Assembly: GCA_038046545.1 (NCBI GenBank)
Contig: JBBSVZ010000005.1
Location: 1 to 57,776 of the forward strand
DNA length: 57,776 nucleotides
Origin: Nanobdellota archaeon
GTDB lineage: Archaea > Nanobdellota > Nanobdellia > Woesearchaeales > JBBSVZ01
Direction: 5' to 3'
Shown piece by piece: positions 6,315 to 17,300 of this stretch. The notes beneath the pieces were generated by a model that worked only from the letters and a program-made list of their open reading frames with translations, did no database searches and was not told the origin of the DNA. Within the stretch, counting starts at the first letter, position 1, and the number at the start of each line of letters is the position of its first letter. The position numbers and the translations under genes are program-made.

Positions 6315-6839
6315 ATGGCAAGAATGCGTAAGGGAATCGCTTATCGTAAACTGGAGAGGCCGAATACAAGAATCTCAAAGTTCAGGACACTTTCCTATGT
6401 TAGAATCGATCCTCACATTAAGATACCTAGATTCGTGATGGGAGAGCCAAACAAGAAGTTCGGATACACACTCGACCTCATCAGCAAGTCATCAGTGCAA
6501 ATAAGGCAGGAATCCATTGAATCAGCAAGGCAAACCAGCTCAAGATATCTTGAAAAGAACCTGGCTAAAACAGATTTTTACATGAAGATACGCATTTATC
6601 CTTTCCACATTTTAAGAGAAAACCCTCTTGCTGCCGGTGCGGGTGCAGACCGAATGAGCACAGGAATGCAAAGGTCATTTGGAAAGCCCATAGGAGTCGC
6701 TGCACAAGTTAAAAAAGGCCAGATCATATTCTCCCTTTCAGTAGACAAAAACAGCCTTCCGGTCGCAAGGAAAGCCCTTCGCAGAGCAGCAACAAAAGTC
6801 CCGTGCTCCTGCCTTATTGAAGAGACCATTGCAAAATGA
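6315..6839 (+). CDS. rpl10e: 50S ribosomal protein L10e (uL16)
   Basis: Motifs RIYPFHILRENPLAAGAGADRMSTGMQRSFGKPIGVAAQVKKGQ. Length of 174 aa is typical of archaeal L10e. Confidence 0.9.
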   Translation: MARMRKGIAYRKLERPNTRISKFRTLSYVRIDPHIKIPRFVMGEPNKKFGYTLDLISKSSVQIRQESIESARQTSSRYLEKNLAKTDFYMKIRIYPFHILRENPLAAGAGADRMSTGMQRSFGKPIGVAAQVKKGQIIFSLSVDKNSLPVARKALRRAATKVPCSCLIEETIAK

Positions 6840-7426
6840 GCCCCGCAAAAGGGAGTATCAAAAAAGCAGACCAGCCTAAAACTTTAAAATTAAGAAAATT
6901 CGTTCTCGGATTCGCAATTGGCATTGTATTTGTTCTTTTCGTTTTTTATGGAATAAGGACTTTTTACGAAGAACCTGACTGGAATAAAATGTGTGCAGGC
7001 CGAGATCCCTACGCTGTCCCCCTAGGAAAAGTGCCAGACCAAATCGACCAGTCAAAATGCGATGCAATAATGCAAAACGAAAATTTACCTTGCGAACCTC
7101 AGTATAGGATGAACATTTACAACAGCACACTTGGATGCTATACTGTCTCATGCAACATATGTCAGATGGATTTCGACAAGGCGAAAGAAAAGTACGACAG
7201 CGACGTTTTCATAATATCAATAGTTGCAGGAGGAATCGCGCTTTTTGTTGGTGTCATCCTTGGAGTTGAAGCAGTCGGCTCAGGCTTAATGTTCGGCGGA
7301 GTAATCACTATATTCGTTGGAGTCATCAGAAACTGGGGCCATTTAGGCAATATAGTAAAATTCTTGATACTTGGAATTGTTCTTGCAGCGCTAATCTTCA
7401 TAGGATACAAGAAATTGAAAGACTAG
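6836..7426 (+). CDS. Membrane protein, Cys-rich extracytoplasmic loop (hypothetical)
   Basis: ATGA overlap with rpl10e. One N-terminal and about three C-terminal hydrophobic helices. Confidence 0.55.
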   Translation: MSPAKGSIKKADQPKTLKLRKFVLGFAIGIVFVLFVFYGIRTFYEEPDWNKMCAGRDPYAVPLGKVPDQIDQSKCDAIMQNENLPCEPQYRMNIYNSTLGCYTVSCNICQMDFDKAKEKYDSDVFIISIVAGGIALFVGVILGVEAVGSGLMFGGVITIFVGVIRNWGHLGNIVKFLILGIVLAALIFIGYKKLKD

Positions 7427-7641
7427 CTCAGGAAATTGAAGTAAACAAACAGGAAAAATAAACTAAAAAGAGTTATAGCTAAAATTCCAAGTGCATGGAT
7501 GACTACCTTTTTTTTATTGAACTTATTGTGCACTATCCACCAAAGGTAATTTGAAACCAAGCCGCCTAGCAACCCAAAAATTGCTGCCATAATCAGCAGC
7601 AGGACATCCATCTGGAAATTGAAACCATAGATAGCCATCAT
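7423..7641 (-). CDS. Small two-helix membrane protein (hypothetical)
   Basis: 72 aa and hydrophobic. 4-nt overlap with the upstream flavoprotein gene. Confidence 0.45.
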   Translation of the reverse strand: MMAIYGFNFQMDVLLLIMAAIFGLLGGLVSNYLWWIVHNKFNKKKVVIHALGILAITLFSLFFLFVYFNFLS

Positions 7642-8525
7642 TTCCCTCTAACAAACTTATGCGCGCTCTCTGCTGCCCGCCATGCCTGCGAAACAGTCTC
7701 GATTGGCAATGCTTGTTTGTTTGAGAGCACATCGCCGCATGCAAAAATTCCTTTGTGGGAAGTTTTCATTTCTGAATCAACAGTTATTCCATCGCTGATT
7801 TGAACAGGAATCTTGAGAAAGGATAGCTGTGCCCTGCCGCTCTCTGAAAGAACTAGGCCTGTTACTTTTATTGGAGGCCCTTTGTCAGGTGTTATTGACT
7901 CGAGATCCAATGTCCCGGAAACACGTTTTATTCCGAGGTTAAGATGCTGCTCAATTCTTAGCATCCTGTTTAAATGGTCTTGAGTTATTGGTGTAGTGTT
8001 TAGCCTGGGTTGAGAACTTATCAGGTGAACTCGTGCGCAGGAGTTGGCAAGCCACAATGCAATCATTGCGGCCTTTTCGCTTGAGCCGTGAACTGCAACT
8101 ATGCCATCTTTTAGTTGTCCGAAATCTGTAATGGGTCTTGTTGTAATGCCCTTGCCCAGAAACTCCTCTTCGCCGGCAACTTCCAGCATTTGCACAGGTC
8201 TGCCGCAGGCGATGATTATTGCTTTTGCTTTATATTTTTCTCCAGAGTGGTCAGTTAGATTGAATAAAGTGAACCCTGTCCTGACTTCGGTAATTTCAGT
8301 TTCCTTAAACTCAACCCCAAGAGCAGCCGCCTGGTCTGCTAGTTTCTTGGCAAGTTCTGGCCCGTGAACAGGGCTAATTCCTGGCAATGTTTCGACTATT
8401 GGTGTTTCTCGAAGCCCGCCACCAATGCTTCTTGAAAGAACTAAAGTGGAAAGCTTGTATTGGCTGCAGGCAGTTGCAGCTGATAAGCCAGCCAACCCGC
8501 CCCCTATTATCAGCACATCGTGCAT
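7638..8525 (-). CDS. Thioredoxin-reductase-like FAD flavoprotein lacking the redox-active CxxC
   Basis: FAD motifs VLIIGGGLAGLSAA and GIFACGDV are present. At the position where TrxR carries CATC the sequence reads TTRPIT. The NADPH glycine motif is degenerate (VAVHGSSEKA). Confidence 0.7.
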   Translation of the reverse strand: MHDVLIIGGGLAGLSAATACSQYKLSTLVLSRSIGGGLRETPIVETLPGISPVHGPELAKKLADQAAALGVEFKETEITEVRTGFTLFNLTDHSGEKYKAKAIIIACGRPVQMLEVAGEEEFLGKGITTRPITDFGQLKDGIVAVHGSSEKAAMIALWLANSCARVHLISSQPRLNTTPITQDHLNRMLRIEQHLNLGIKRVSGTLDLESITPDKGPPIKVTGLVLSESGRAQLSFLKIPVQISDGITVDSEMKTSHKGIFACGDVLSNKQALPIETVSQAWRAAESAHKFVRGK

Positions 8526-8600
8526 GCCATTTTTTCTGGTCTCAAATATTTAAGGTTTCCCTGCAAATGCCACTAAAGAAACGTTTTTAAATACTTTCAA

Positions 8601-9086
8601 GTGACAACAGTTATGAGATACTGGATACCCAAGCAGTATGAGGAAATAGCGAGCGAATTGTCTGATGATAAACCAAACCTTGAAGATTTTATCGAGGCAG
8701 AAATTGGAAACTCAAGAGAAACGGTGGTGTGGGGAAGGCTTAAGGAAACTCAGGAACTGAGGGTTTTTAGCGATGAGTTTACTATCGGAAAAGTGAGACT
8801 GTGGGTTCCTTTCCGGGAAAGTCCCGAGATGCTTGTTGTTGAAATAAAAAAAACAGACTCATATTCTGGCAGGCGCATAATCACTCCCTATATGGAAAAA
8901 AAATTTCGCAAAACTTTTATGCCAAAAAAGAACGAATCTATTAGTCCGCTCCTAAATGAGCTAGATCCAATAGGTCTCTTGAGAGACTTCATCTTCAGGT
9001 CATATTCAATTTATTACAGCCAAGCAGTTAATCGAGGTTCATCGAGAGACAACAGGCTTTTAGTTTATGCAACAATATTCGACTAA
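8601..9086 (+). CDS. Hypothetical protein; likely true start is ATG at 8613
   Basis: A TATA-like TTTTTAAATAC at about 8583-8594 lies 19-30 nt before ATG 8613. No motif recognised. Confidence 0.5.
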   Translation: MTTVMRYWIPKQYEEIASELSDDKPNLEDFIEAEIGNSRETVVWGRLKETQELRVFSDEFTIGKVRLWVPFRESPEMLVVEIKKTDSYSGRRIITPYMEKKFRKTFMPKKNESISPLLNELDPIGLLRDFIFRSYSIYYSQAVNRGSSRDNRLLVYATIFD

Positions 9087-9126
9087 ATTCAACAACAATT
9101 AAAAAGTCCTTTCTTTTCAAGCAGTC

Positions 9127-10380
9127 ATGAGAAACTACGTCGACCTTCATATCCACAGCAGATTCGCCCAGGCAACCAGCAAGGACTTGGGAATCGAGAC
9201 ACTTTCTAAATGGGCGAAAATAAAGGGTTTGAATGTTCTTGGAACTGGCGACTTCACACATCCAAAATGGTTCGAAGAAATAACAAGATTAACAACTGAA
9301 GACGAAAACGGAATTCTGCAATCAAAAAGTGGAATGAAATTCATCTGGCAAACAGAAATATCTTTTATTTACACTCAGGGCGGAAAAGGCAGGAGGGTGC
9401 ATCTTGTCATTCTTGCGCCTAATAAGGAAGTCGTAATGCAAATTAATGAAACTATGCTTAAGCGCGGAAGGCTTGATTATGACGGTAGGCCAATCTTTGG
9501 CATAAGCTGCATCGAAATCGTCGACATGATGATGAATATTTCCAAAGATATTGAGATAATTCCCGCACATGCATGGACTCCCTGGTTCAGCATTTTCGGC
9601 TCAAGTTCAGGCTTCAACAGCTTGAAAGAATGCTTCCAGGAAAAAGAAAAATACATCCACTCAATCGAAACCGGAATGTCTTCAGACCCTGCTATGAACT
9701 GGAGGCTAAGCCAGCTTGACAACATCACATTAACATCTAACTCTGATTTGCACAGTTATTGGCCGTGGAGAATGGGTCGAGAATGCAACGTAATGGACTT
9801 GAAAGAAATAACTTACGATGGCATAATCGATTGCATAAGAACAAGAACTAATTTTATTGAAACTCTTGAAACCGACCCGGGTTACGGGAAGTATCATTAC
9901 GACGGGCATAGGGACTGCAAAACATCATTTTCACCAGATGAATCAAAAAAAATCAACAATATCTGCCCTGTCTGTAAGAAAAAATTGACAATAGGTGTGC
10001 TGAATCGGGTCGAGGAGCTTGCTGACAGACCTGAAGGCTTTGTTCCAAAAAATGCTGTTCCTTTCAGAAATATTCTGCCGCTCAGCGATGTTCTGGCAGC
10101 TGCGAATGGCTGGCCTGTAGCAAGCAAAAAAACCTGGGTGCTATACAACGAACTCATAAGAACTTTTGGAAATGAATTCTCAACAATGTTAGACATAGAT
10201 GAAAACACGCTTGCAAAAATACTTGACGAAAAAACATTGAAAGCAGTCATGCTAAACCGCCAGGGAAAAATAAAAGTCAAACCAGGGTATGATGGGGCGT
10301 ATGGTATTCCAGTTATTGATGAAATAGATTTGGTGGAAAAAAAAATTAATGGCGCCCAGCGCGGGCTGGACGAGTTTTGA
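9127..10380 (+). CDS. Endonuclease Q-like PHP-domain nuclease
   Basis: Motifs DLHIHSRFAQATS, GTGDFTHPKW, PAHAWTPWFS, SNSDLHS, GKYHYDGHRDC and the zinc-finger-like CPVCKKKLTIGVLNRVEELAD. These match my recollection of Pyrococcus EndoQ. Confidence 0.65.
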   Translation: MRNYVDLHIHSRFAQATSKDLGIETLSKWAKIKGLNVLGTGDFTHPKWFEEITRLTTEDENGILQSKSGMKFIWQTEISFIYTQGGKGRRVHLVILAPNKEVVMQINETMLKRGRLDYDGRPIFGISCIEIVDMMMNISKDIEIIPAHAWTPWFSIFGSSSGFNSLKECFQEKEKYIHSIETGMSSDPAMNWRLSQLDNITLTSNSDLHSYWPWRMGRECNVMDLKEITYDGIIDCIRTRTNFIETLETDPGYGKYHYDGHRDCKTSFSPDESKKINNICPVCKKKLTIGVLNRVEELADRPEGFVPKNAVPFRNILPLSDVLAAANGWPVASKKTWVLYNELIRTFGNEFSTMLDIDENTLAKILDEKTLKAVMLNRQGKIKVKPGYDGAYGIPVIDEIDLVEKKINGAQRGLDEF

Positions 10381-11017
10381 CTTTCTTTTCTGAAAAATGA
10401 ATTATGAATTTACCAATCAGAAACATGACGCATCCAGAAAGAAGAACCTTGATTATCGTTGTTTTGAAAAAATTGAATTGAAGCTGGAATGTGAAAATCA
10501 GCAGTAGAGTGGAATCATAGGGGAACAGGTAATTTCCCTGCGGGAAAAAAACTTTGTGAAATAAGCTAAAAAAAGGGCTGAAAAACAAGGCACCAACTCC
10601 TAATAACGCAACGATTAGTAAAGCTGCAATTCCAGCTGCCCTGTATACCTTGCCAATATCCTTTAGAACATTCTTTCCACCCTTGAATGCTAGCAAGACC
10701 ATAAGTATCAACCAGAGAACAACCAATATCCTCTTTAGGTTAATCGCACTCCTCACTATATTCTTGACATCAACCATGTGGCTAGTTTCCGATGGAGTCA
10801 GGTATGAAAGATTCAGCTCGGGAATCTTGTTTTCGTAAAAAAGCAAGACAGTTTCAGACATATTGTCAGGAAGAAAATCTCCTTCTCTTTCGTAGATGCC
10901 AAGATTCTTGAACTCGCTCTTGAAGAAGCTCCTATCAAATAAAGTAGATTCAAAAGCGAGAAAACAAGACAAAATCGCGGTAACGATAGCCAGAGAAATT
11001 ATCAGCGCTTTTGACAT
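10346..11017 (-). CDS. Integral membrane protein, TIGR01906/DUF1461-like
   Basis: N-terminal TM, FFKSEFKNLGIY, a SETSHMVDVKNI motif and a C-terminal cluster of TM helices. Confidence 0.5.
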   Translation of the reverse strand: MSKALIISLAIVTAILSCFLAFESTLFDRSFFKSEFKNLGIYEREGDFLPDNMSETVLLFYENKIPELNLSYLTPSETSHMVDVKNIVRSAINLKRILVVLWLILMVLLAFKGGKNVLKDIGKVYRAAGIAALLIVALLGVGALFFSPFFSLFHKVFFPQGNYLFPYDSTLLLIFTFQLQFNFFKTTIIKVLLSGCVMFLIGKFIIHFSEKKVKTRPARAGRH

Positions 11018-11059
11018 TTATGGAAATCTTTAAGTGCCAGTAATAAACTTTGTGCAAAC

Positions 11060-12025
11060 ATGGACGAGCTCATTAAGCAACTTCAAGAAGTGCTGGGGAG
11101 GGCCAGAGGCACAGAAATGCTTGCGGAAAAGCCAGGAATGAAGGCAGTTCCTTTTTCACTTGACTACTTTAGAGCATTGCCTGATGCTGAGATAAAAGAT
11201 GTTTTTTTCATTGATGGCGGGCAGGCAACGCTTTTTGAAACTCCTGAAATGCTTATTGGTGTAATCAGGATTGCTGTCATAAAACAAAATGGCAATCGAA
11301 CTGCGTTGGTCGAGCGACAGCAAAATTATGTGGTAATTCACACTTCATTTGAAGAAAGCGGCCTTTGCTACGAAGCAATGATTGTAGGCGGCCAGTCCTT
11401 CAAAATTAATCCAAACGAATCAGCACTTAAAGACGGTGAGGTAAGAGCCAGTTTCTCAAAGGTCCTTGACGTTCTCAGAAAAAAAGCAGAATTAGACAAA
11501 GCAGCAGAGCACCTTGGTGAATCTCTTGTTGTTCTCGACGGAGAGCTGGATGCGAAAGCAGAGCTGGAAAAAGAGTCCCTCAGCAAGCTTAAAGGCAAAA
11601 TCGTGGGTGTTGTTAAATCACAATCACAAATCACCAACACAGGCGCATCTCTGTACTCTGCGCTTCTAGATATGGCTCCTGAGAGTTCCTGGTGGTACTG
11701 GCCGGTAATGGAATCAAAGAACGCGGACTGGATAATCGCAAAGTTATCTTCTGAATCTTACCAACCTTACAGGATTGAGATGCTTCCCAAAGCGAACAAA
11801 GAGGAAATTCTCGCGATCCTTCGCACCTGCTCGCAAGATCTTTCATTGCCTGGGTATCCATACGGATTGCTTGTTGCAGACCAGCACGCTCGCGTTTCTG
11901 AGCAGGAAGCAGCACTTCTAAAGACAATGCTGGTAAGCGAACTCAGCAAGGAAACAAAACTGCTAAAGGACAGCTTTGATACTCACGAAATGCTAAACAG
12001 GATTGTTTTAAGATTAAGCAGGTGA
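11060..12025 (+). CDS. NurA-like nuclease domain protein (tentative)
   Basis: Motifs FFIDGGQA, LVVLDGELD, GVVKSQSQ and the C-terminal PGYPYGLLVADQHARVS resemble the NurA motif order. No herA is adjacent. Confidence 0.4.
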   Translation: MDELIKQLQEVLGRARGTEMLAEKPGMKAVPFSLDYFRALPDAEIKDVFFIDGGQATLFETPEMLIGVIRIAVIKQNGNRTALVERQQNYVVIHTSFEESGLCYEAMIVGGQSFKINPNESALKDGEVRASFSKVLDVLRKKAELDKAAEHLGESLVVLDGELDAKAELEKESLSKLKGKIVGVVKSQSQITNTGASLYSALLDMAPESSWWYWPVMESKNADWIIAKLSSESYQPYRIEMLPKANKEEILAILRTCSQDLSLPGYPYGLLVADQHARVSEQEAALLKTMLVSELSKETKLLKDSFDTHEMLNRIVLRLSR

Positions 12026-12508
12026 AACTCTGCCATCCCAAACTCCGCGGCAGTCGGGAAGCCTGAGGATTGGCTGAGACGCCCAGCTGAATAAATAAGA
12101 ATACTCCATTGGGAATAATAAATCATAGCCCCAAATCAATCCTCCGATTTCTGCAAATTTAATTTTGATTGGTTCGCCAAACCTTTCAGGTATAAACCCC
12201 AATTCCAAATGGCCTTGACCGTAACAATCGGATTGAGCTATCTGTACAGCCTCGACCAAGTCAGCCTGGCACATTTTTCTTGTGTAATATTTAAACCATT
12301 TTCCTTTGTTATTAACCGACACCCTGTCGCTGTACTGGGTGTAAACAAAATCTTCAAGCAGGTGTATATAACTGGACGAGTTAAAAGGGGTCAAAATTCG
12401 AAAAGGATTGAGGACACAATGTTTCATGTTCGTTGGGTACCATAGTCTGTGAAGTTGTTCAATTTCCTCTCGAGTGATCTGTTCAAGGCAAATATCTCGG
12501 AGGTTCAT
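12014..12508 (-). CDS. Hypothetical protein (164 aa)
   Basis: ORF with a TATA-like element 20-33 nt upstream. No motif recognised. Confidence 0.5.
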   Translation of the reverse strand: MNLRDICLEQITREEIEQLHRLWYPTNMKHCVLNPFRILTPFNSSSYIHLLEDFVYTQYSDRVSVNNKGKWFKYYTRKMCQADLVEAVQIAQSDCYGQGHLELGFIPERFGEPIKIKFAEIGGLIWGYDLLFPMEYSYLFSWASQPILRLPDCRGVWDGRVSPA

Positions 12509-12567
12509 GTTTTGGGGAATTAATATTCTTGTTTAAAAATATTTTTAACTGGCTGGCTATTCAGAAA

Positions 12568-12577
12568 CATTTAAAAG
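12568..12577 (+). promoter_or_regulatory. TATA box (CATTTAAAAG) for transketolase
   Basis: Lies 23-32 nt upstream of ATG 12600. Confidence 0.4.
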
Positions 12578-12599
12578 AATCCCCTAAGACCAGTGAGAA

Positions 12600-13427
12600 A
12601 TGGATAAATCAGTCATTCAAAAAATAAAAGAAAATGCTATTCTTATCCGCAAGGACTCTATCCGGATCACCACTTTAGTCAACTCGGGCCACCCAGGCGG
12701 AAGCCTGAGTGCGGCTGATATCTTTGCAACACTCTACTTTCACGTTCTAAAGCACAATCCAAAAAAACCTGACTGGGAAGACCGGGATAGATTTATCCTC
12801 TCGGCAGGCCACATTTGCCCAGCGTTGTATTGTACTATGGCTCACGCCGGATACTTTCCAGTTGAAGAGCTTAACACTCTCAGGAAGTATTCTTCAAGGC
12901 TTCAAGGCCACCCAAGCAGAACTTCATTGCCCGGAATCGAAACGTCAACCGGTTCGCTTGGCCAGGGGATTTCTGTTTCTATCGGTATGGCTCTCGGACT
13001 GAAGCTCAAAAAATCAATAAGCAGAGTATATTGCCTCATGGGCGATGGCGAACAAAACGAAGGCCAAGTTTGGGAAGCAGCGCAAAGCGCAGCCCAGTAC
13101 AAGCTTGATAATTTAACAGGAATAGTTGACTGGAATGATGTACAGCAGGATGGTAGGAACAGCGATGTGATGGGAATAGAACCGTTGAAAGAAAAATACG
13201 AGTCCTTTGGCTGGCATGCGATAACAATCGATGGTAACAATGTGGAAGAATTACTAGAAGCATTCGATGAAGCAAATAGAACTAAGGGCAAGCCAAGCGT
13301 AATTCTTGCTAAAACAGTCATGGGCAAGCACGTCTCTTTCATGGAAGGCAAGTTCGAATATCACGGGAAAACATTGAAGCCCGAACAGGCTGAAAAAGCT
13401 TACAAGGAGATTGAAAATGCTGGCTGA
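12600..13427 (+). CDS. tkt: Transketolase, N-terminal (TPP-binding) subunit
   Basis: Motifs GHPGGSLSAADI and GDGEQNEGQVWEA. Split-gene organisation overlapping the C-terminal subunit gene. Confidence 0.9.
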   Translation: MDKSVIQKIKENAILIRKDSIRITTLVNSGHPGGSLSAADIFATLYFHVLKHNPKKPDWEDRDRFILSAGHICPALYCTMAHAGYFPVEELNTLRKYSSRLQGHPSRTSLPGIETSTGSLGQGISVSIGMALGLKLKKSISRVYCLMGDGEQNEGQVWEAAQSAAQYKLDNLTGIVDWNDVQQDGRNSDVMGIEPLKEKYESFGWHAITIDGNNVEELLEAFDEANRTKGKPSVILAKTVMGKHVSFMEGKFEYHGKTLKPEQAEKAYKEIENAG

Positions 13428-14373
13428 AGATTTTTCTAGTAAACAATATCCCAGGGATGGGTTTGGACATGCACTTCTCGAGCTTGCAGAAAAAAATCCG
13501 AGAGTAGTTGCATTAACCGCGGGAGTTTCAGAATCGGTAAGAACTCATTGGTTCGCAGAAAAGTTTCCAGATCGTTTCTTTCAGATGGGTATTGCAGAAC
13601 AAAACATGATAGGCGCTGCTGTAGGCCTTTCCTTAACAGGGTTTATCCCATATGCATCATCTTTTGGTTCATTCATGCCATCGCGCTCATTCGACCAAAT
13701 AAGAGTTTCAATGTGCTACAATAAGGTTAAAGTCAATTTGGTTTCAACACACTGTGGCTTAAACACTGGCGAAGATGGCGCTTCTGCCCAGATGATGGAA
13801 GACTTTTCAATGATGCGCGCGCTCCCGAACATGACTGTCATCGCACCCTGCGATTACCTTGAAACAAAAAAAGCTGTCATAGCTGCTGCAAATTATCCTG
13901 AATCTGTTTACATAAGAGTTGGAAGAGAAAAAACCCCAGTAATTACAACTGAATCAACACCTTTCAAAATTGGAAAAGCAGAAATCTTTAGGGAAGGGAA
14001 GGATGTTACAATAATGGCTTGCGGCTTAATGGTTTTTGAAGCAATAAAGGCTGCAAAAGAATTAGAAAAACAGAACATCAGCGCAGAAATTATCAACCTT
14101 CACACGATAAAGCCAATAGATTCTGAGGCAATCATTAAGTCTGCAAAAAAAACTGGAGCTGTTGTAACAGCTGAAGAACACCAGATTTACGGTGGAATGG
14201 GAAGCGCCATTGCTGAAGTCCTGTCGCAGAATTATCCAGTTCCGATGAAAATGGTTGCGATGAATGATGTTTTCGGAGTTTCAGGTAGGATGGACGAATT
14301 GTTCAAAGCGTATAATCTTGATTCTTCTGCAATTGTTAGACAGGCTCTTGCCATTATGAAACTGAAAAAATAA
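13411..14373 (+). CDS. tkt: Transketolase, C-terminal (pyrimidine-binding) subunit
   Basis: Motifs GIAEQNMIGAAVGLS, TGEDGASAQ and EEHQIYGGMGSA. Confidence 0.9.
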   Translation: MKMLAEDFSSKQYPRDGFGHALLELAEKNPRVVALTAGVSESVRTHWFAEKFPDRFFQMGIAEQNMIGAAVGLSLTGFIPYASSFGSFMPSRSFDQIRVSMCYNKVKVNLVSTHCGLNTGEDGASAQMMEDFSMMRALPNMTVIAPCDYLETKKAVIAAANYPESVYIRVGREKTPVITTESTPFKIGKAEIFREGKDVTIMACGLMVFEAIKAAKELEKQNISAEIINLHTIKPIDSEAIIKSAKKTGAVVTAEEHQIYGGMGSAIAEVLSQNYPVPMKMVAMNDVFGVSGRMDELFKAYNLDSSAIVRQALAIMKLKK

Positions 14374-14381
14374 AAATTAGT

Positions 14382-17300
14382 TCAGGGTGGTATTGGGCAT
14401 TCAGGTCCGTTGAAGGCTTTTGCTCCGCCAAGCATTGGCGGGAAAGCTGTTGGTCCTGCTATCAATGAGGTCAAGTCCTGAATATTTATATCAGTCGTGA
14501 AAAGTCCTTTTCCGGGAACCAAATCCCAGCGTTTATTGTCTGGTGACTCATTCAGGTTGGTGTTCATCCTTCGTATGGGCGCAAGAAAGCTTGTCACGTC
14601 GGCAATTGTGATCCTGTTAGTGCTATTAGGTATACTTCCATTCACGAAATCAGCTGGCCATCCGTCAATACCACAGGGATCAAAAGGATTTGTGCCTATT
14701 AATACTTCATTAGTGTTATTAAAGCCGTCATTATCCCAGTCAGGGTCGCATACATCTCCAATATTGTCGCCAATGAAAAAGGGGGCAGCAGTGTCATTTA
14801 ATTGGATTTCCTTATCAGTATTTTTTTGGTTTGGATTTGAAATGAGAGGGCAATTATCTAGTCTGTTCGTCACAGTATCATTATCATTATCGCCGTCTAA
14901 TAGTGGCAGGTAATCTCCGCCTAGGGTGATGCTGCCATTTGAATTGTAAGGTAGCATGGTATTGCCTATGCCATCACCGTTTGTGTCAGTTCCGTTATAG
15001 TCGCTCCAGAAATTGCCGCCCAGGAAAAGCCCCCCATAAATGTTAAGGCCCGCTGTCTTTGTAATGTTCCAGTTATTCCTCCCTTGATTCTGAGCGTTTA
15101 TTATGTTTTGGAAGAAGTTGTTGTAGACCAGGTTCGTGTTTGAAAAGTTGTTGATAAATATCCCGATCTGGTTGTTCGATACGTTATTGTCTTTTATTGT
15201 GTTGGTGGTTGAGTTGAAAATTACAATACCGACTTCATTGTTTGCAATTGTATTGCTTAGGACATTATTCCCTGAGCCTAACTCAATTGAAATTCCGGAA
15301 ATGCCGCCGCTCACGTTGTTGTAAGAGATTTTGATACCGTTAGAATTATGCAATTCTATGCTTCCCGAGTTGGATGTAAGGTTGCTTGATGACGAGCTAT
15401 CTAGTATTATGTTTTTTGTTGTGCTGTTGACAACAGATATCCCGCTGGAAAGGGCGATTAGAATGCTATTGCTATTCGCAGACTTGGTGTCGACACCATC
15501 TATTTTTGAATTCGAAGAGCCTTGGAATGAAATGCCAGTTTCTACGTCCTCTATTTTCCCGCCATTCACCTGGTTGTTCGAGCCTGAAACAAAAAATCCA
15601 ATAGGAAGGCTATACACGTGATTGTTTGTGAAGGTGTTCGAGCTTGAGCTTACAGCAAACCCATAAAGGAAGCTGTCGTGTATTTCATTGCTTGTGAACT
15701 GATTGCCGGAGCCACCACTAATGTTGACTACGTAGACGCCATTTGTGGAGCTTAGATTGTTGTTGAAAATACTATTGCTTGAGCTGCTTGTAAGAAGCAG
15801 GCCATTCGTCATTATATTGTTCTTTATGGTCGTTGTCATAGCGCTTTCTAAAACGGCGCTTGCATTTTTGTTATTCAACAAGGCATTGCTTGAAATTTCG
15901 TTGTTCGGGGAGTTTACAAGGAAAATGCCGAACCTGAGGTTGTCGTCTATTCTATTGTCGTGTATCCTACAGTTATTGATGATGCCAGGGGCTATTCTGG
16001 CTGCGTCTGGTGAAGACGTTTCTGTAATATATATGCCATCTATGTTCTCCAGGATCTTGTTGTTAGCAGCCTCGCAGAAAGGTGAATCCTCGAAGCTGAT
16101 CCCAGTATTATAGTTTTTGACTTCACAATCTTTTATCTTGATGTTTGTTTGGCCGATCACTTCAATGCCTGTGTTTGAATTGTTACCAACAAGCACTGTA
16201 TTATCGCACTTCACTTTCACATCCGAGGCTGCGATGTTTATGCCGTTTGGAAGTGTGTAAGTTCCTGGGCAGAGAACTGTGTTCGAAACAATGTCCATGT
16301 TGTCGGTAGGAGTTGTGCACGTGTGGCATGCGAAGCTGCATCCAGAAGAGCCCTGGTCGTTCCAGCCTGATGTTATGTTGCAGGAATTATAATCTCCTGT
16401 GTAGCTGCCAGTGCTGCTGATATCTAAACCGTTGTCACATACTTGGTTGTTTATGACCTGCCCTCCGGAACCTGTAATGACGATACCATTTCCTGTATTT
16501 AATTGTACTTCGTTATTTCTTATTTTGTTGTTATTTCCTTTAATTTCTATACCCTTGAAATAATCTTCAACAACGCAATTTTGCACAGTTGTATTAGTAA
16601 TAGTTGAACCTATGTTTATTCCAACTCCTGTACCATTTCCTGTAATTGAATTTCCAAGACAATCAAAAATAATATTACTTTTACTAATATCTGCATTGGA
16701 AAATAAGCTGGTGGTTAAACAAATTACATTGCCTGGCTGAGCCAAGCTAATCGCCGAATTTAATTGCCCGTCAACCATGCCGGATACTTTGAAAGTGCAC
16801 CAGCAAGCGTCGCCTACACCGTCATTATCGTAATCCGCTTGATCCGGGTTTTTAACAGTTTTGCAATTGTCTTCCTCGTCGTTTATACCATCGCAATCTT
16901 GATCGCCAACACAAATGTAGTCTATAGGATCTGAAACCTCAATTATTGTATGGTCAAATACAGGGCCATTGCCAGCAACATCATCTATTTCTAGCTTAAC
17001 TCTATACCTTCCTAAAGTGGGGTAGCCTCTTTCAAGCTTTGGATGGCAAGTAATTAAATCAACGTCATCATCTGGAATTCCATTTCCGTCTGTATCCCTG
17101 GTTACATCAATATCCCACTTACAACTTGCTATGCTAAAGTTATCAAAAGAACCAACAGCAGAGAACTGTATAGGGTCTCTTATGTGAACTCTTTGCGGCG
17201 GACCTGCAAAAGCGCTAGGCGGCTCTAAATCATACTCATCTTCGCTTACTACATTAACATTAAAGGTATCGGTACCTATGTTGCCGGCAGCATCTATTAC

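Noticed and set aside
6148-6438. 96-aa ORF upstream of and overlapping rpl10e
   Set aside because: It overlaps the start of a confidently identified ribosomal protein gene in another frame and runs through the GC-rich repeat copy A. It is most likely spurious.
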